Assembly: GCA_035508215.1 (NCBI GenBank)
Contig: DATJNK010000012.1
Coordinates: forward strand, 32,007-96,006
Length of the DNA stretch: 64,000 nt
Reading direction: 5' to 3'
Source of the DNA: Verrucomicrobiia bacterium
Lineage (GTDB): Bacteria; Acidobacteriota; Terriglobia; Terriglobales; Acidobacteriaceae
Under the pieces are notes generated by a model that did no database searches, was not told the DNA's origin, and worked only from the letters and a program-made list of their open reading frames with translations. The position numbers were made by a program, and so were the translations under genes. Positions 36,572 to 44,895 of the stretch are shown one piece after another. How positions within the stretch are numbered: the stretch's first letter is position 1; each line of letters begins with the position of its first letter.

Positions 36572-37275
36572 GTCTGCCGCACAAACCGGTCGTCTATATC
36601 ATCTCCGCTCCCTCCGGCTCGGGGAAATCGACTCTGGTCAATAAGCTGCTGAAGACGATTCCCGATCTCGATTTCTCCATTTCATACACGACGCGGCCGC
36701 CGCGCGGCCGCGAGCAGAACGGAAAACAATACAACTTTGTTACCCGGAACCAGTTCGAAGAAATGATTCGTGCGGGCGCGTTTCTCGAGCACGCCGATGT
36801 CTTCGGAAACTACTACGGCACAGCGCGGCGGTTCCTCAGTGAGGCAGAACTGGCGGGTCACGATCTTCTGCTCGATATCGACGTTCAGGGCGCCCGGCAG
36901 ATCAAGCAGACGCTGCCCGACGCTGCCAGCATCTTCATCCTCCCTCCCAACCGGAAGACTCTGGAGAAGCGATTGCGCGAGCGGGGGGAAGACGCCGAGA
37001 GCGTGATCCAGCGCCGGCTCGACACCGCGACTCGCGAAATCGAGGATTACGACAAGTACAACTACGTTCTCATCAACGATGAGCTGGAAAAGTCAATCAG
37101 GAACCTGCAGGACATCGTGCTGGCCGAGCGCCTCGGCCGCACCAGCCAGCCGCTTTCCCCCGAGCAGAAGGCGGTCGTCGATCAGGCGGAGCGGTGTCGG
37201 CTCACGAACGTTCGGGAGCGAATCCAACCGATCCTGGCTTCGTTTAGCACTTCCGTGCCCTCAGCAGGCATTTAG
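36568..37275 (+). CDS. gmk: guanylate kinase
   Basis: P-loop SAPSGSGKSTL and TTRPPRGREQNGKQYNFV. There is a 4-nt ATGA overlap with yicC. Confidence 0.92.
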   Translation: MSLPHKPVVYIISAPSGSGKSTLVNKLLKTIPDLDFSISYTTRPPRGREQNGKQYNFVTRNQFEEMIRAGAFLEHADVFGNYYGTARRFLSEAELAGHDLLLDIDVQGARQIKQTLPDAASIFILPPNRKTLEKRLRERGEDAESVIQRRLDTATREIEDYDKYNYVLINDELEKSIRNLQDIVLAERLGRTSQPLSPEQKAVVDQAERCRLTNVRERIQPILASFSTSVPSAGI

Positions 37276-37422
37276 CTTTCGCGGTATGATCTTATGAGTC
37301 CGAAGGGTCTGGTACGGAGCGGTTTGATGAATGGGAACCAATCCCGGTCATCGTGAGCGGAATGCACGGTTTGAGTTCGGCACTGATTGAGGCTTCACTA
37401 TCTGGATCAAGGGAGATCCCTT

Positions 37423-37656
37423 ATGAAGTTGATCGAAGGCTTTGACAGCAACTACCGTTACATTCTGGTGGCGGCGCGCCGCGCCCGGCAACTGCAATCC
37501 GGAGCACCGCCCGTCGTTGACACCAATTCCCGCAAACCGTGCCGCATCGCGCAAGACGAAATTCGTGCCGGCAAAGTGAAGTGGGAAATCCCTGACAATC
37601 GCACGGCCGCCGAGCAAGCCGGAGAGACTCTCGACAAGGCGCTCGGGCAGGAGTAG
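37423..37656 (+). CDS. rpoZ: DNA-directed RNA polymerase subunit omega
   Basis: MKLIEGFDSNYRYILVAARRARQLQSG is the typical omega N-terminus. Start set at ATG 37423. Confidence 0.85.
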   Translation: MKLIEGFDSNYRYILVAARRARQLQSGAPPVVDTNSRKPCRIAQDEIRAGKVKWEIPDNRTAAEQAGETLDKALGQE

Positions 37657-37765
37657 CGGCAAGCCTGCTCCGAATTCGCTGCCAGCGGCGCTTTTCGATG
37701 TGCTCGTGCGTCGCAGCGGTTCCATCGGGAATCGGACTTCGAACATCTAAAAACTTGGGCTGGTT

Positions 37766-38980
37766 ATGAAGATTGTTCTGGGAGTTACTGGCGGAATCGC
37801 GGCCTACAAGGCAGCGGAAATTGTCCGGCTGCTCCAAGATCGCGGCATCCGCGTTCAGGTCGTAATGACCCGAGCCGCCCAGGAATTTGTCCGGCCTCTC
37901 ACCTTCGCCGCGCTGTCCGGGGAAAAAGTCATCACCAGTATGTTCGCGCCCGGCGAGGAACAAACACCCAACATCGATTCGGCGATCGAACATATTGCGG
38001 TTGCGCAGTCGATCGATGCCCTGGTGGTTGTGCCCGCGACGGCCGATGTCCTGGCTCACTTCGCGCAGGGCATTGCAAGCGACTTCCTCACCACGCTCTA
38101 TCTCGCCACCACGGCCCCCGTCGTGGTCGCGCCGGCGATGAATGTCAACATGTGGAACCACCCTGCGACACAGGCGAATCTCGAAATCCTGCGCAAGCGG
38201 GGTATAAGGATCGTCGAACCCGGATCCGGCTATCTCGCCTGCGGCATGACCGGGCCCGGCCGTCTCGCAGAAAACGAAGCCATCGTCACCGCAGTCCTCG
38301 AAGCGCTCGGCGCCTCTCAGGATCTTGCCGGAGAAACCGTGCTTATCACTGCCGGTCCCACGCGTGAGAAGATCGATCCCGTCCGCTATCTCACCAACCG
38401 CTCCAGCGGACGCATGGGCTACAGCCTCGCTGAAGCCGCTCTCCGCCGTGGTGCTCGCGTTCTGCTTGTCAGTGGACCGACTTCGATCACGCCGCCCGGT
38501 GCGGCTGAACTGATCCGCGTCGAATCAGCGCAAGAGATGCGCGATGCCGTTCTCGACCTCTTGCCCCGGGCCGGCATTGTCATCAAGACCGCGGCTGTCT
38601 CCGACTATCGACCGAAAACCTCCGCGCCGCAAAAAATCAAGCGCAAAGGTCCTTTAGCCCTCGACCTCGAGCCCACGCCCGATATTCTCAAGGAGCTTTC
38701 CAGCCGGGAGCGCGCGCAACTGGTGATCGGCTTCGCCGCGGAAACCGACAACGTCCTGGAAAACGCCCGCCAGAAGCTGGTTTCGAAGAATCTCGATGCC
38801 ATCGTCGTAAACGACGTCTCGCGGGAGGGCGTCGGTTTCGATTCCGATCGCAACGCCGTTACCATCATCACCCACGACGAAGTCATCGAAGTTCCTGAGA
38901 CCACGAAGCGGGAAGTTGCCCAGCGCGTCCTCGACCAGATCATCAAGCTCCGGCGACGCACCTCTGCAGTGAAGGGCTAA
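37766..38980 (+). CDS. coaBC: bifunctional phosphopantothenoylcysteine decarboxylase / phosphopantothenate-cysteine ligase
   Basis: Flavoprotein N-domain GVTGGIAAYKA and PAMN.NMW. CoaB domain ITAGPTREKIDPVRYLTNRSSGRMG. Confidence 0.92.
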   Translation: MKIVLGVTGGIAAYKAAEIVRLLQDRGIRVQVVMTRAAQEFVRPLTFAALSGEKVITSMFAPGEEQTPNIDSAIEHIAVAQSIDALVVVPATADVLAHFAQGIASDFLTTLYLATTAPVVVAPAMNVNMWNHPATQANLEILRKRGIRIVEPGSGYLACGMTGPGRLAENEAIVTAVLEALGASQDLAGETVLITAGPTREKIDPVRYLTNRSSGRMGYSLAEAALRRGARVLLVSGPTSITPPGAAELIRVESAQEMRDAVLDLLPRAGIVIKTAAVSDYRPKTSAPQKIKRKGPLALDLEPTPDILKELSSRERAQLVIGFAAETDNVLENARQKLVSKNLDAIVVNDVSREGVGFDSDRNAVTIITHDEVIEVPETTKREVAQRVLDQIIKLRRRTSAVKG

Positions 38981-39055
38981 TGGCGGGGGGGGCCGTTTTC
39001 GGACGGTCCGGTCGAGCCAAGTTCGACCGGCTTCTCACGTATAATTCGAGCATTC

Positions 39056-39928
39056 ATGCCATCCCTTGACTCTGGAGTGCGCCGCGCGCTTGCCGATCGC
39101 TTGCGTTACTATCAGGAACTCGGCATCTACGATTTCTATCGACGGGAATCGCAAGGTCCGGTCTCCAGTTCCGCTCCCGTCGAACCGGCTCAGCCCGTTT
39201 CATTCCAGCCAGAATTGCGAGAGGAAATGCCCGCAAGAAAATCCGCCGCCGTCGCCACCATCGTCGAAGACAACATCTTCGAAGTCCTCGCGCCCAAGCC
39301 GGAATCCGCCACGGCCGATCCCGTCGCTGCACTCCGCCTGATTCGCGAAGACCTCGGCGACTGCACCCGCTGCAAGCTGCATAAGCAAGGACGCAAGCAG
39401 ATCGTTTTCGGCGTCGGCAATCCACGCGCTGAGCTGATGTTCGTCGGTGAGGGCCCCGGTGCTGATGAAGACGCGCAAGGCGAGCCTTTCGTCGGCCGCG
39501 CCGGACAGCTGCTCAACAACATGATCAAGGCGATGGGGCTAAAGCGGGAAGAAGTCTACATCGCTAATGTCGTCAAGTGCCGCCCGCCGGGCAATCGCAC
39601 TCCCGAGCGCGACGAATGCGAAATCTGCTCGCCATTTCTCATGCGCCAGATCGCCGTCATCAAACCAAAAGTCGTGGTCGCCCTCGGCGCGGTCGCCGCG
39701 AAAAATCTCCTTGCCATCAACGCGCCCATGGCTGAACTCCGTGGACGCTTCTACGACTTCATGCCTGCCGGTGTGCGCAGCAACGATCCGTCATGGCGAG
39801 GAGCGAAGCTGGCCGTGACTTACCACCCTGCATTCCTCTTGCGCGATCCGCGTCAGAAGGGCGAAGCCTGGAAGGATCTGCAGATGGTGATGAAGTATCT
39901 CGGCCTGAAGCCGCCCCAAGCCACGTAG
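39056..39928 (+). CDS. uracil-DNA glycosylase, family 4
   Basis: C..CKLH......[37 protein letters not shown] and the C-terminal TYHPAFLLR motifs. An N-terminal extension of about 100 aa precedes the UDG core. Confidence 0.85.
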   Translation: MPSLDSGVRRALADRLRYYQELGIYDFYRRESQGPVSSSAPVEPAQPVSFQPELREEMPARKSAAVATIVEDNIFEVLAPKPESATADPVAALRLIREDLGDCTRCKLHKQGRKQIVFGVGNPRAELMFVGEGPGADEDAQGEPFVGRAGQLLNNMIKAMGLKREEVYIANVVKCRPPGNRTPERDECEICSPFLMRQIAVIKPKVVVALGAVAAKNLLAINAPMAELRGRFYDFMPAGVRSNDPSWRGAKLAVTYHPAFLLRDPRQKGEAWKDLQMVMKYLGLKPPQAT

Positions 39929-40036
39929 CGCCGACAACGCCCGACTCGCGAGTTTTCGATCCGTGAGAATTCGGTGCGAGTCGGAAGCTTATCCGTTCTC
40001 CGCTCCCCATTCGCCGCGTAGTTTATCCTTCCCTCA

Positions 40037-42559
40037 ATGCCCGAATTCTGCGACGTCGCTCTGCCTGTCCCGCTCGACATGGCGTTTACGTACCACATCC
40101 CTGCGGAAGCCACGCCAGTCGTCGGCGGGCGCGTCCTCGTCCCGTTCCGTCAGCAGCGCATGTCGGGCATCGTCGTCGAACTGCATGACCGCAAGCCGTC
40201 CGTCGCGACAAAAAACATCATTACGGTCCTCGACGCCGCTCCCGTCGTCGACGACCATCTCCTTCGCCTCGGTCGCTGGATCGCCGGCTACTATCTCGCC
40301 CCCATCGGCGAAGTCTTGCGCACCATGCTGCCGCTCGGCGCCGAATTCAAGCGCAGCGTTGAATATCGCATCACCGAAGACGGCCGCATGGCGCTGCATC
40401 TCGCCGGGATGGCCGGATCGCCCGCCCGCTCTCGTCGCACGCCCGAAGACCAGGCCGCTGAATTCCGCGTGCTCGATTACCTTGCCGCGCATGCCGACGA
40501 GGGCGAGTCGTCTGCCGGAGTAGTCACACACAGCGAAAATGGGCCGCCTCAGGCTGCACCGCCTTCGCGAGACGCGGGAACTCTTATTCGGGAACAAACC
40601 CTCCGCTCCGCCACCCGCATCTCCCGCTCCGTACTCAACGGCATGGTCCGCAAGAAATGGATCATCCGCCAAGACGTTTCCGCTCCCCAGGATGCCCGCC
40701 GCACCGTCAAGGTCGCGCTGCTTAAATCTGGGGAAGGCAGGCTCAACGACAACCAGCGCACAATCCTCGACACTCTCGCGGCCACCGGCGGGCGAATCCC
40801 AGTTGAGGCTCTCCAATCCCTCGACGTTCCTCGAACCACGCTCAGTACGCTTGTGCGTCGCGGCCTCGTCGAACTTGTAGAAGAGCCCGCCGATTTTACC
40901 GTTTCCCGCACCCGGCCGCGACCTTCACCCTTCGACTTCGATTTCAACCCCGCGCAGCAATCCGCACTCACCCGCCTGCGCGAAAGCGTCGGCTCTCGCC
41001 AATTCTCGGGGATGCTTTTGCACGGCGTTACCGGCTCCGGCAAAACCGCGGTCTATCTCGCCGGCATGCGCTCCGTCCTGGAAGCTGGACGCTCTGCCAT
41101 TCTTCTGGTCCCCGAGATCGGCCTTACTCCTGCCGTGGCCGCCGACCTTCATCAGATTTTCGGCGAGGAAGTAGCCATCCTCCATTCAGCGCTCACAGAC
41201 CAGGAGCGTGCCGAACAGTGGCATCGCATCAAGCGCGGCGAGGCGCGCATGGTGGTCGGCACGCGCTCCGCGGTATTCGCCCCGGTCTCTGATCTTGCCC
41301 TCATCATCGTCGACGAAGAGCACGACGCCTCCTACAAACAGGAAGAAACGCCGCGCTACCATGCGCGTGATGTCGCAGTCATGCGCGCCAAGATGGGCAA
41401 CGCTGTGGTCGTTCTTGGTTCGGCAACGCCCTCCCTTGAGTCCTACTTCAACGCCAGGAAGGACAAGTACTCCCTGATCGAACTTCCGGACCGCGTCGAA
41501 CAGCGGCCGCTGCCCGAAGTCGAAATTGTCGACATGCGCCAGGAGTTTCAGGAAACCGGCCAGGAGCAGGTCATTTCGCGCAAACTTGCCGCCGAAATCA
41601 AAGATCGCCTCGACCGGAAAGAGCAGGTCATGGTGCTGCTCAACCGCCGCGGATATTCTCCCGTTGTTCTCTGCCGCAGTTGTGGCAAAAAGCTCGAATG
41701 CGCCAACTGCGCCATCGCTCTCACGCACCACAAGCGCGAGCACAAGATGGTCTGCCATTATTGCGGATACACCGCGCCCGTGCCCCAAGCCTGCGTCCAC
41801 TGCGGCAGTGAATATGTCTACTTCCTCGGCACCGGATCGGAAAAGCTGGAAGAGTTGCTCCACGGTGTGTTTCCTCAGGCTCGAATCGCGCGCCTCGATC
41901 GTGATACCGTCCGCGGCCACGAAGATTTCGAACGCACACTGAACGCCCTCAATGAAGGCGAACTCGATCTCCTTGTGGGCACGCAAATGATCGCCAAGGG
42001 ACACGACATTCATGGCGTCACGCTGGTCGGTGTTGTCGGCGCCGATGTCGCGCTCGGCCTGCCGGACTTCCGCGCCGCTGAACGCACCTTCCAACTCCTG
42101 ACCCAGGTCGCGGGACGCGCCGGCCGCGGCCAGTCTCCCGGCAAAGTCATTCTGCAAACTTATTTTCAGGATCACTATGCCGTGCAGTACGCCGCCCGCC
42201 ACGATTTTGTCGGATTCTACGAGAAAGAACTCCGCTTCCGGAGCTGGATGCATTACCCGCCTTACTCCGCGCTCGCCAATGTCCTGGTCCGCAGCGATAA
42301 GCTCGACGAAGCCTTGCGCTGGTCGGGACTGCTGGGAAAGTGGTTCGACTCAACCCGTCACGAAGGCGTCCGCGTTCTCGGTCCGGCGGCCGCGCCCATC
42401 CTGCGTCTGAAACGCGACTATCGCTACCACTTCGTGCTCAAGTCTCCCAGCCGCGAGACGCTCAACCGCACCCTTCGCGCCATGCTGGCTCATGCGGCCG
42501 CGCACAAGGTCCCTCGCACCCAGGTCATCGTTGATGTGGATGCTCTCTGGCTGATGTGA
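40037..42559 (+). CDS. priA: primosomal protein N-prime, replication restart helicase PriA
   Basis: N-terminal 3'-DNA-binding domain (CDVALPVPLD..FTY). Walker A HGVTGSGKT and DEEH box IIVDEEHD. Cys-rich zinc region CRSCG..LECANC...HYCGY...CVHCGS. Confidence 0.9.
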   Translation: MPEFCDVALPVPLDMAFTYHIPAEATPVVGGRVLVPFRQQRMSGIVVELHDRKPSVATKNIITVLDAAPVVDDHLLRLGRWIAGYYLAPIGEVLRTMLPLGAEFKRSVEYRITEDGRMALHLAGMAGSPARSRRTPEDQAAEFRVLDYLAAHADEGESSAGVVTHSENGPPQAAPPSRDAGTLIREQTLRSATRISRSVLNGMVRKKWIIRQDVSAPQDARRTVKVALLKSGEGRLNDNQRTILDTLAATGGRIPVEALQSLDVPRTTLSTLVRRGLVELVEEPADFTVSRTRPRPSPFDFDFNPAQQSALTRLRESVGSRQFSGMLLHGVTGSGKTAVYLAGMRSVLEAGRSAILLVPEIGLTPAVAADLHQIFGEEVAILHSALTDQERAEQWHRIKRGEARMVVGTRSAVFAPVSDLALIIVDEEHDASYKQEETPRYHARDVAVMRAKMGNAVVVLGSATPSLESYFNARKDKYSLIELPDRVEQRPLPEVEIVDMRQEFQETGQEQVISRKLAAEIKDRLDRKEQVMVLLNRRGYSPVVLCRSCGKKLECANCAIALTHHKREHKMVCHYCGYTAPVPQACVHCGSEYVYFLGTGSEKLEELLHGVFPQARIARLDRDTVRGHEDFERTLNALNEGELDLLVGTQMIAKGHDIHGVTLVGVVGADVALGLPDFRAAERTFQLLTQVAGRAGRGQSPGKVILQTYFQDHYAVQYAARHDFVGFYEKELRFRSWMHYPPYSALANVLVRSDKLDEALRWSGLLGKWFDSTRHEGVRVLGPAAAPILRLKRDYRYHFVLKSPSRETLNRTLRAMLAHAAAHKVPRTQVIVDVDALWLM

Positions 42560-42583
42560 GAAGAAGTTGCTGCGCGCACTTGA

Positions 42584-43588
42584 TCAGTGCCAGTTGATCT
42601 GAAACGGAGAGACCATAAATGTGAGCACCAGCATGACCAGCGCGAGAAGCGCCCATGGCCAGCGGCTCGACGGAAGGTCGGGAAAGTTGGGGGCTTGCCG
42701 CTGCCGGTAGGTAAGCACGTTCATGACGATCAGCAATCCTGCCCACACGCGCCAGCCGACGTAAATGCGGCCGATGTAGATGAGACCGATCACGGTGATC
42801 CAGGAAACGATGCGGTGGGCCCGGGGCCAGACGGCGTAAACAATGTGGCCACCGTCGAGTTGGCTGCTGGGCAGCAGATTCAGCGCCGTGGCGAACATAC
42901 CCACCCAGGCCGCGACCGCGGTCGGGTGCAAGTACACGCGGTTCAGTGGCAAAGCCGCGATGGAGTGGCTCGGCATCAGGATGCGCAGGAGCCGGTGCAA
43001 GACATAGAAAATCTGCGGCAGCCCCAATTGCAAATCCGACGGTCGCATGCCCTGCGGCAGCGGTTTTGAGAGATTCAGGGCAAAGGCCAGCGTGATGACC
43101 GCCACGACGAATCCAGCAATCGGCCCGGCAATCCCGATATCAAACAGCGCCGCCCGCGAGCGAATCGGGGCCTTGATGCGAATGACGGCGCCCAGCGTCC
43201 CGATCAGGGTGGGCGCCGGAATGAAGAACGGCAGTGTCGCGCGCACTCCGTAGTACCGGCAAAGCAGATAATGCCCCATCTCGTGTGCCAGCAGAATCAA
43301 CAGCAGCGTCGCCGCGAACGGAATGCCCAGAAGCAGCCTCGATGGTTGTGCCAGCGCCCAACCCAGCGGGAAAAACGGCAAGACTTCGCCTTCATCGACA
43401 AACGGCGGCAGGTTATGCAGGAAGTTGTATTCCATGCGAGCCCCCACCACCAGGGTTGTGAAAAACGTCGCCAGCAGGAGAAGCGCATGAAGCCAGTATC
43501 GCTCTCTCGGAGGCGGGCCCACCGGCTCAGGAAGCGCATAGTAATACTCGATCGTGGAGGTGGGCAGCGAAGGATCAGTTTCCGGCAT
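42584..43588 (-). CDS. M50 / site-2 protease family membrane metalloprotease
   Basis: HEMGHYLLCRYYG (HExxH) lies in a TM helix. Multiple TM segments and a downstream LLPSSQLDGGHI motif. Confidence 0.8.
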   Translation of the reverse strand: MPETDPSLPTSTIEYYYALPEPVGPPPRERYWLHALLLLATFFTTLVVGARMEYNFLHNLPPFVDEGEVLPFFPLGWALAQPSRLLLGIPFAATLLLILLAHEMGHYLLCRYYGVRATLPFFIPAPTLIGTLGAVIRIKAPIRSRAALFDIGIAGPIAGFVVAVITLAFALNLSKPLPQGMRPSDLQLGLPQIFYVLHRLLRILMPSHSIAALPLNRVYLHPTAVAAWVGMFATALNLLPSSQLDGGHIVYAVWPRAHRIVSWITVIGLIYIGRIYVGWRVWAGLLIVMNVLTYRQRQAPNFPDLPSSRWPWALLALVMLVLTFMVSPFQINWH

Positions 43589-43761
43589 GCGTCCTTAATC
43601 CGGGCGGGTCACAGCGTTACTGCGACGTTTGATTCTTTGATGCTACTACGAATGAGGCGAATGTGGGATCGCTGACCCAGATCGAGGAAATGGAAATCAC
43701 CAGCCCGCGGACTCCTCTTGGCAGCACCGGCGGCCAAGCGCAGGGTGCAATCGCAGGTGGC

Positions 43762-44031
43762 TTAGTCGATCGACTGCAACTCTTTGCCCGGCTTGAACCG
43801 CACCGCGCGTCCTGGCGGAATCGAGACTTCCGCCCCCGTTCGCGGATTGCGCCCAATTCCCGTCTTCCGCGGACGCACGTTGAACACGCCAAATCCTCGC
43901 AGCTCAATGCGGCTGCCCTGTGCCAGCGCCTTCTTCATACTTTCGAAGACGGTTTCCACCGCCAGCTCGGCTTTGGTTTTGGTGATGCCGGTCTTGGCGA
44001 CCACTTCGTTGATAATGTCGAGCTTGATCAC
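43762..44031 (-). CDS. HU/IHF-family DNA-binding protein
   Basis: 89 aa. ELRGFGVFNVRPRKTGIGRNPRTGAEVSIP..RAVRFKPGKEL is the classic DNA-binding arm of HU/IHF. Confidence 0.85.
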   Translation of the reverse strand: MIKLDIINEVVAKTGITKTKAELAVETVFESMKKALAQGSRIELRGFGVFNVRPRKTGIGRNPRTGAEVSIPPGRAVRFKPGKELQSID

Positions 44032-44151
44032 GAGCCGCTCCCGGTTGCAGGGTCAAGATGATGCTTCAAGTGATTGATGCTATGGGAGATAAGTGAGATT
44101 GTCAACGGGAGCATCTATCCCGTAAACTGGCAGGCACCAGCCAGAGCAACT

Positions 44152-44248
44152 GAGTAATTGTGTAATCGGGGAACCGTGTAATTTCGGACGCCGCAGGAAC
44201 CACCCGATTCGCCTTTTCAATTACTCATGCAAAATCACCAATTACTCA
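44152..44248. promoter_or_regulatory. repeated CAATTACTC(A) motif upstream of dcd / HU-IHF divergent pair
   Basis: CAATTACTCA occurs at 44218-44227 and 44239-44248 (21-bp spacing), with an inverted copy GAGTAATTG at 44152-44160. GTGTAAT is repeated at about 44160 and about 44176. Confidence 0.35.
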
Positions 44249-44266
44249 ATTCCTCAAGGGAGCTTC

Positions 44267-44818
44267 ATGCCGAAGAGTGATCGCTGGATCCGCAAGATGG
44301 CGCTGGAACACGACATGATCAACCCGTTCTCCGAAAAACAGGTTCGCGAGGGCGTGATTTCCTACGGTCTGTCGTCGTACGGCTATGACCTTCGCGTCGC
44401 CGACGAGTTCAAGATCTTTACCAATGTGAACAACGCGCTGGTCGACCCAAAGCACTTCGACGAGAAGTCGTTCGTGAATATCACCACGGATATCTGCATC
44501 GTTCCGCCCAACTCCTTTGCGCTGGCGCGTTCGGTCGAATACTTCAAGATTCCCCGCGACGTGCTGACGATCTGCGTGGGCAAGAGCACCTACGCCCGCT
44601 GCGGGATCATCGTCAATGTCACTCCATTCGAGCCCGAATGGGAGGGCTTTGTCACCCTCGAAATCTCGAATACCACGCCCCTTCCCGCCCGCATCTATGC
44701 CAATGAAGGCCTGTGCCAGATTCTGTTCTTTCAGTCCGACGAAGTCTGCGAGACCAGCTACGCCGACCGCAAAGGCAAATACCAGGCGCAGAAGGGAATC
44801 GTGCTGCCCAAGCTCTAG
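44267..44818 (+). CDS. dcd: dCTP deaminase
   Basis: 183 aa. SDRWI....L....INPF......[13 protein letters not shown] and [10 protein letters not shown] motifs. Confidence 0.92.
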   Translation: MPKSDRWIRKMALEHDMINPFSEKQVREGVISYGLSSYGYDLRVADEFKIFTNVNNALVDPKHFDEKSFVNITTDICIVPPNSFALARSVEYFKIPRDVLTICVGKSTYARCGIIVNVTPFEPEWEGFVTLEISNTTPLPARIYANEGLCQILFFQSDEVCETSYADRKGKYQAQKGIVLPKL

Positions 44819-44895
44819 AGATCGGAGCCATTAGACCGGAATGCTCCATGTCGCGCTGTCCTTGCGAAACCTGGAACCTGCCTATTTTTTCCCTT

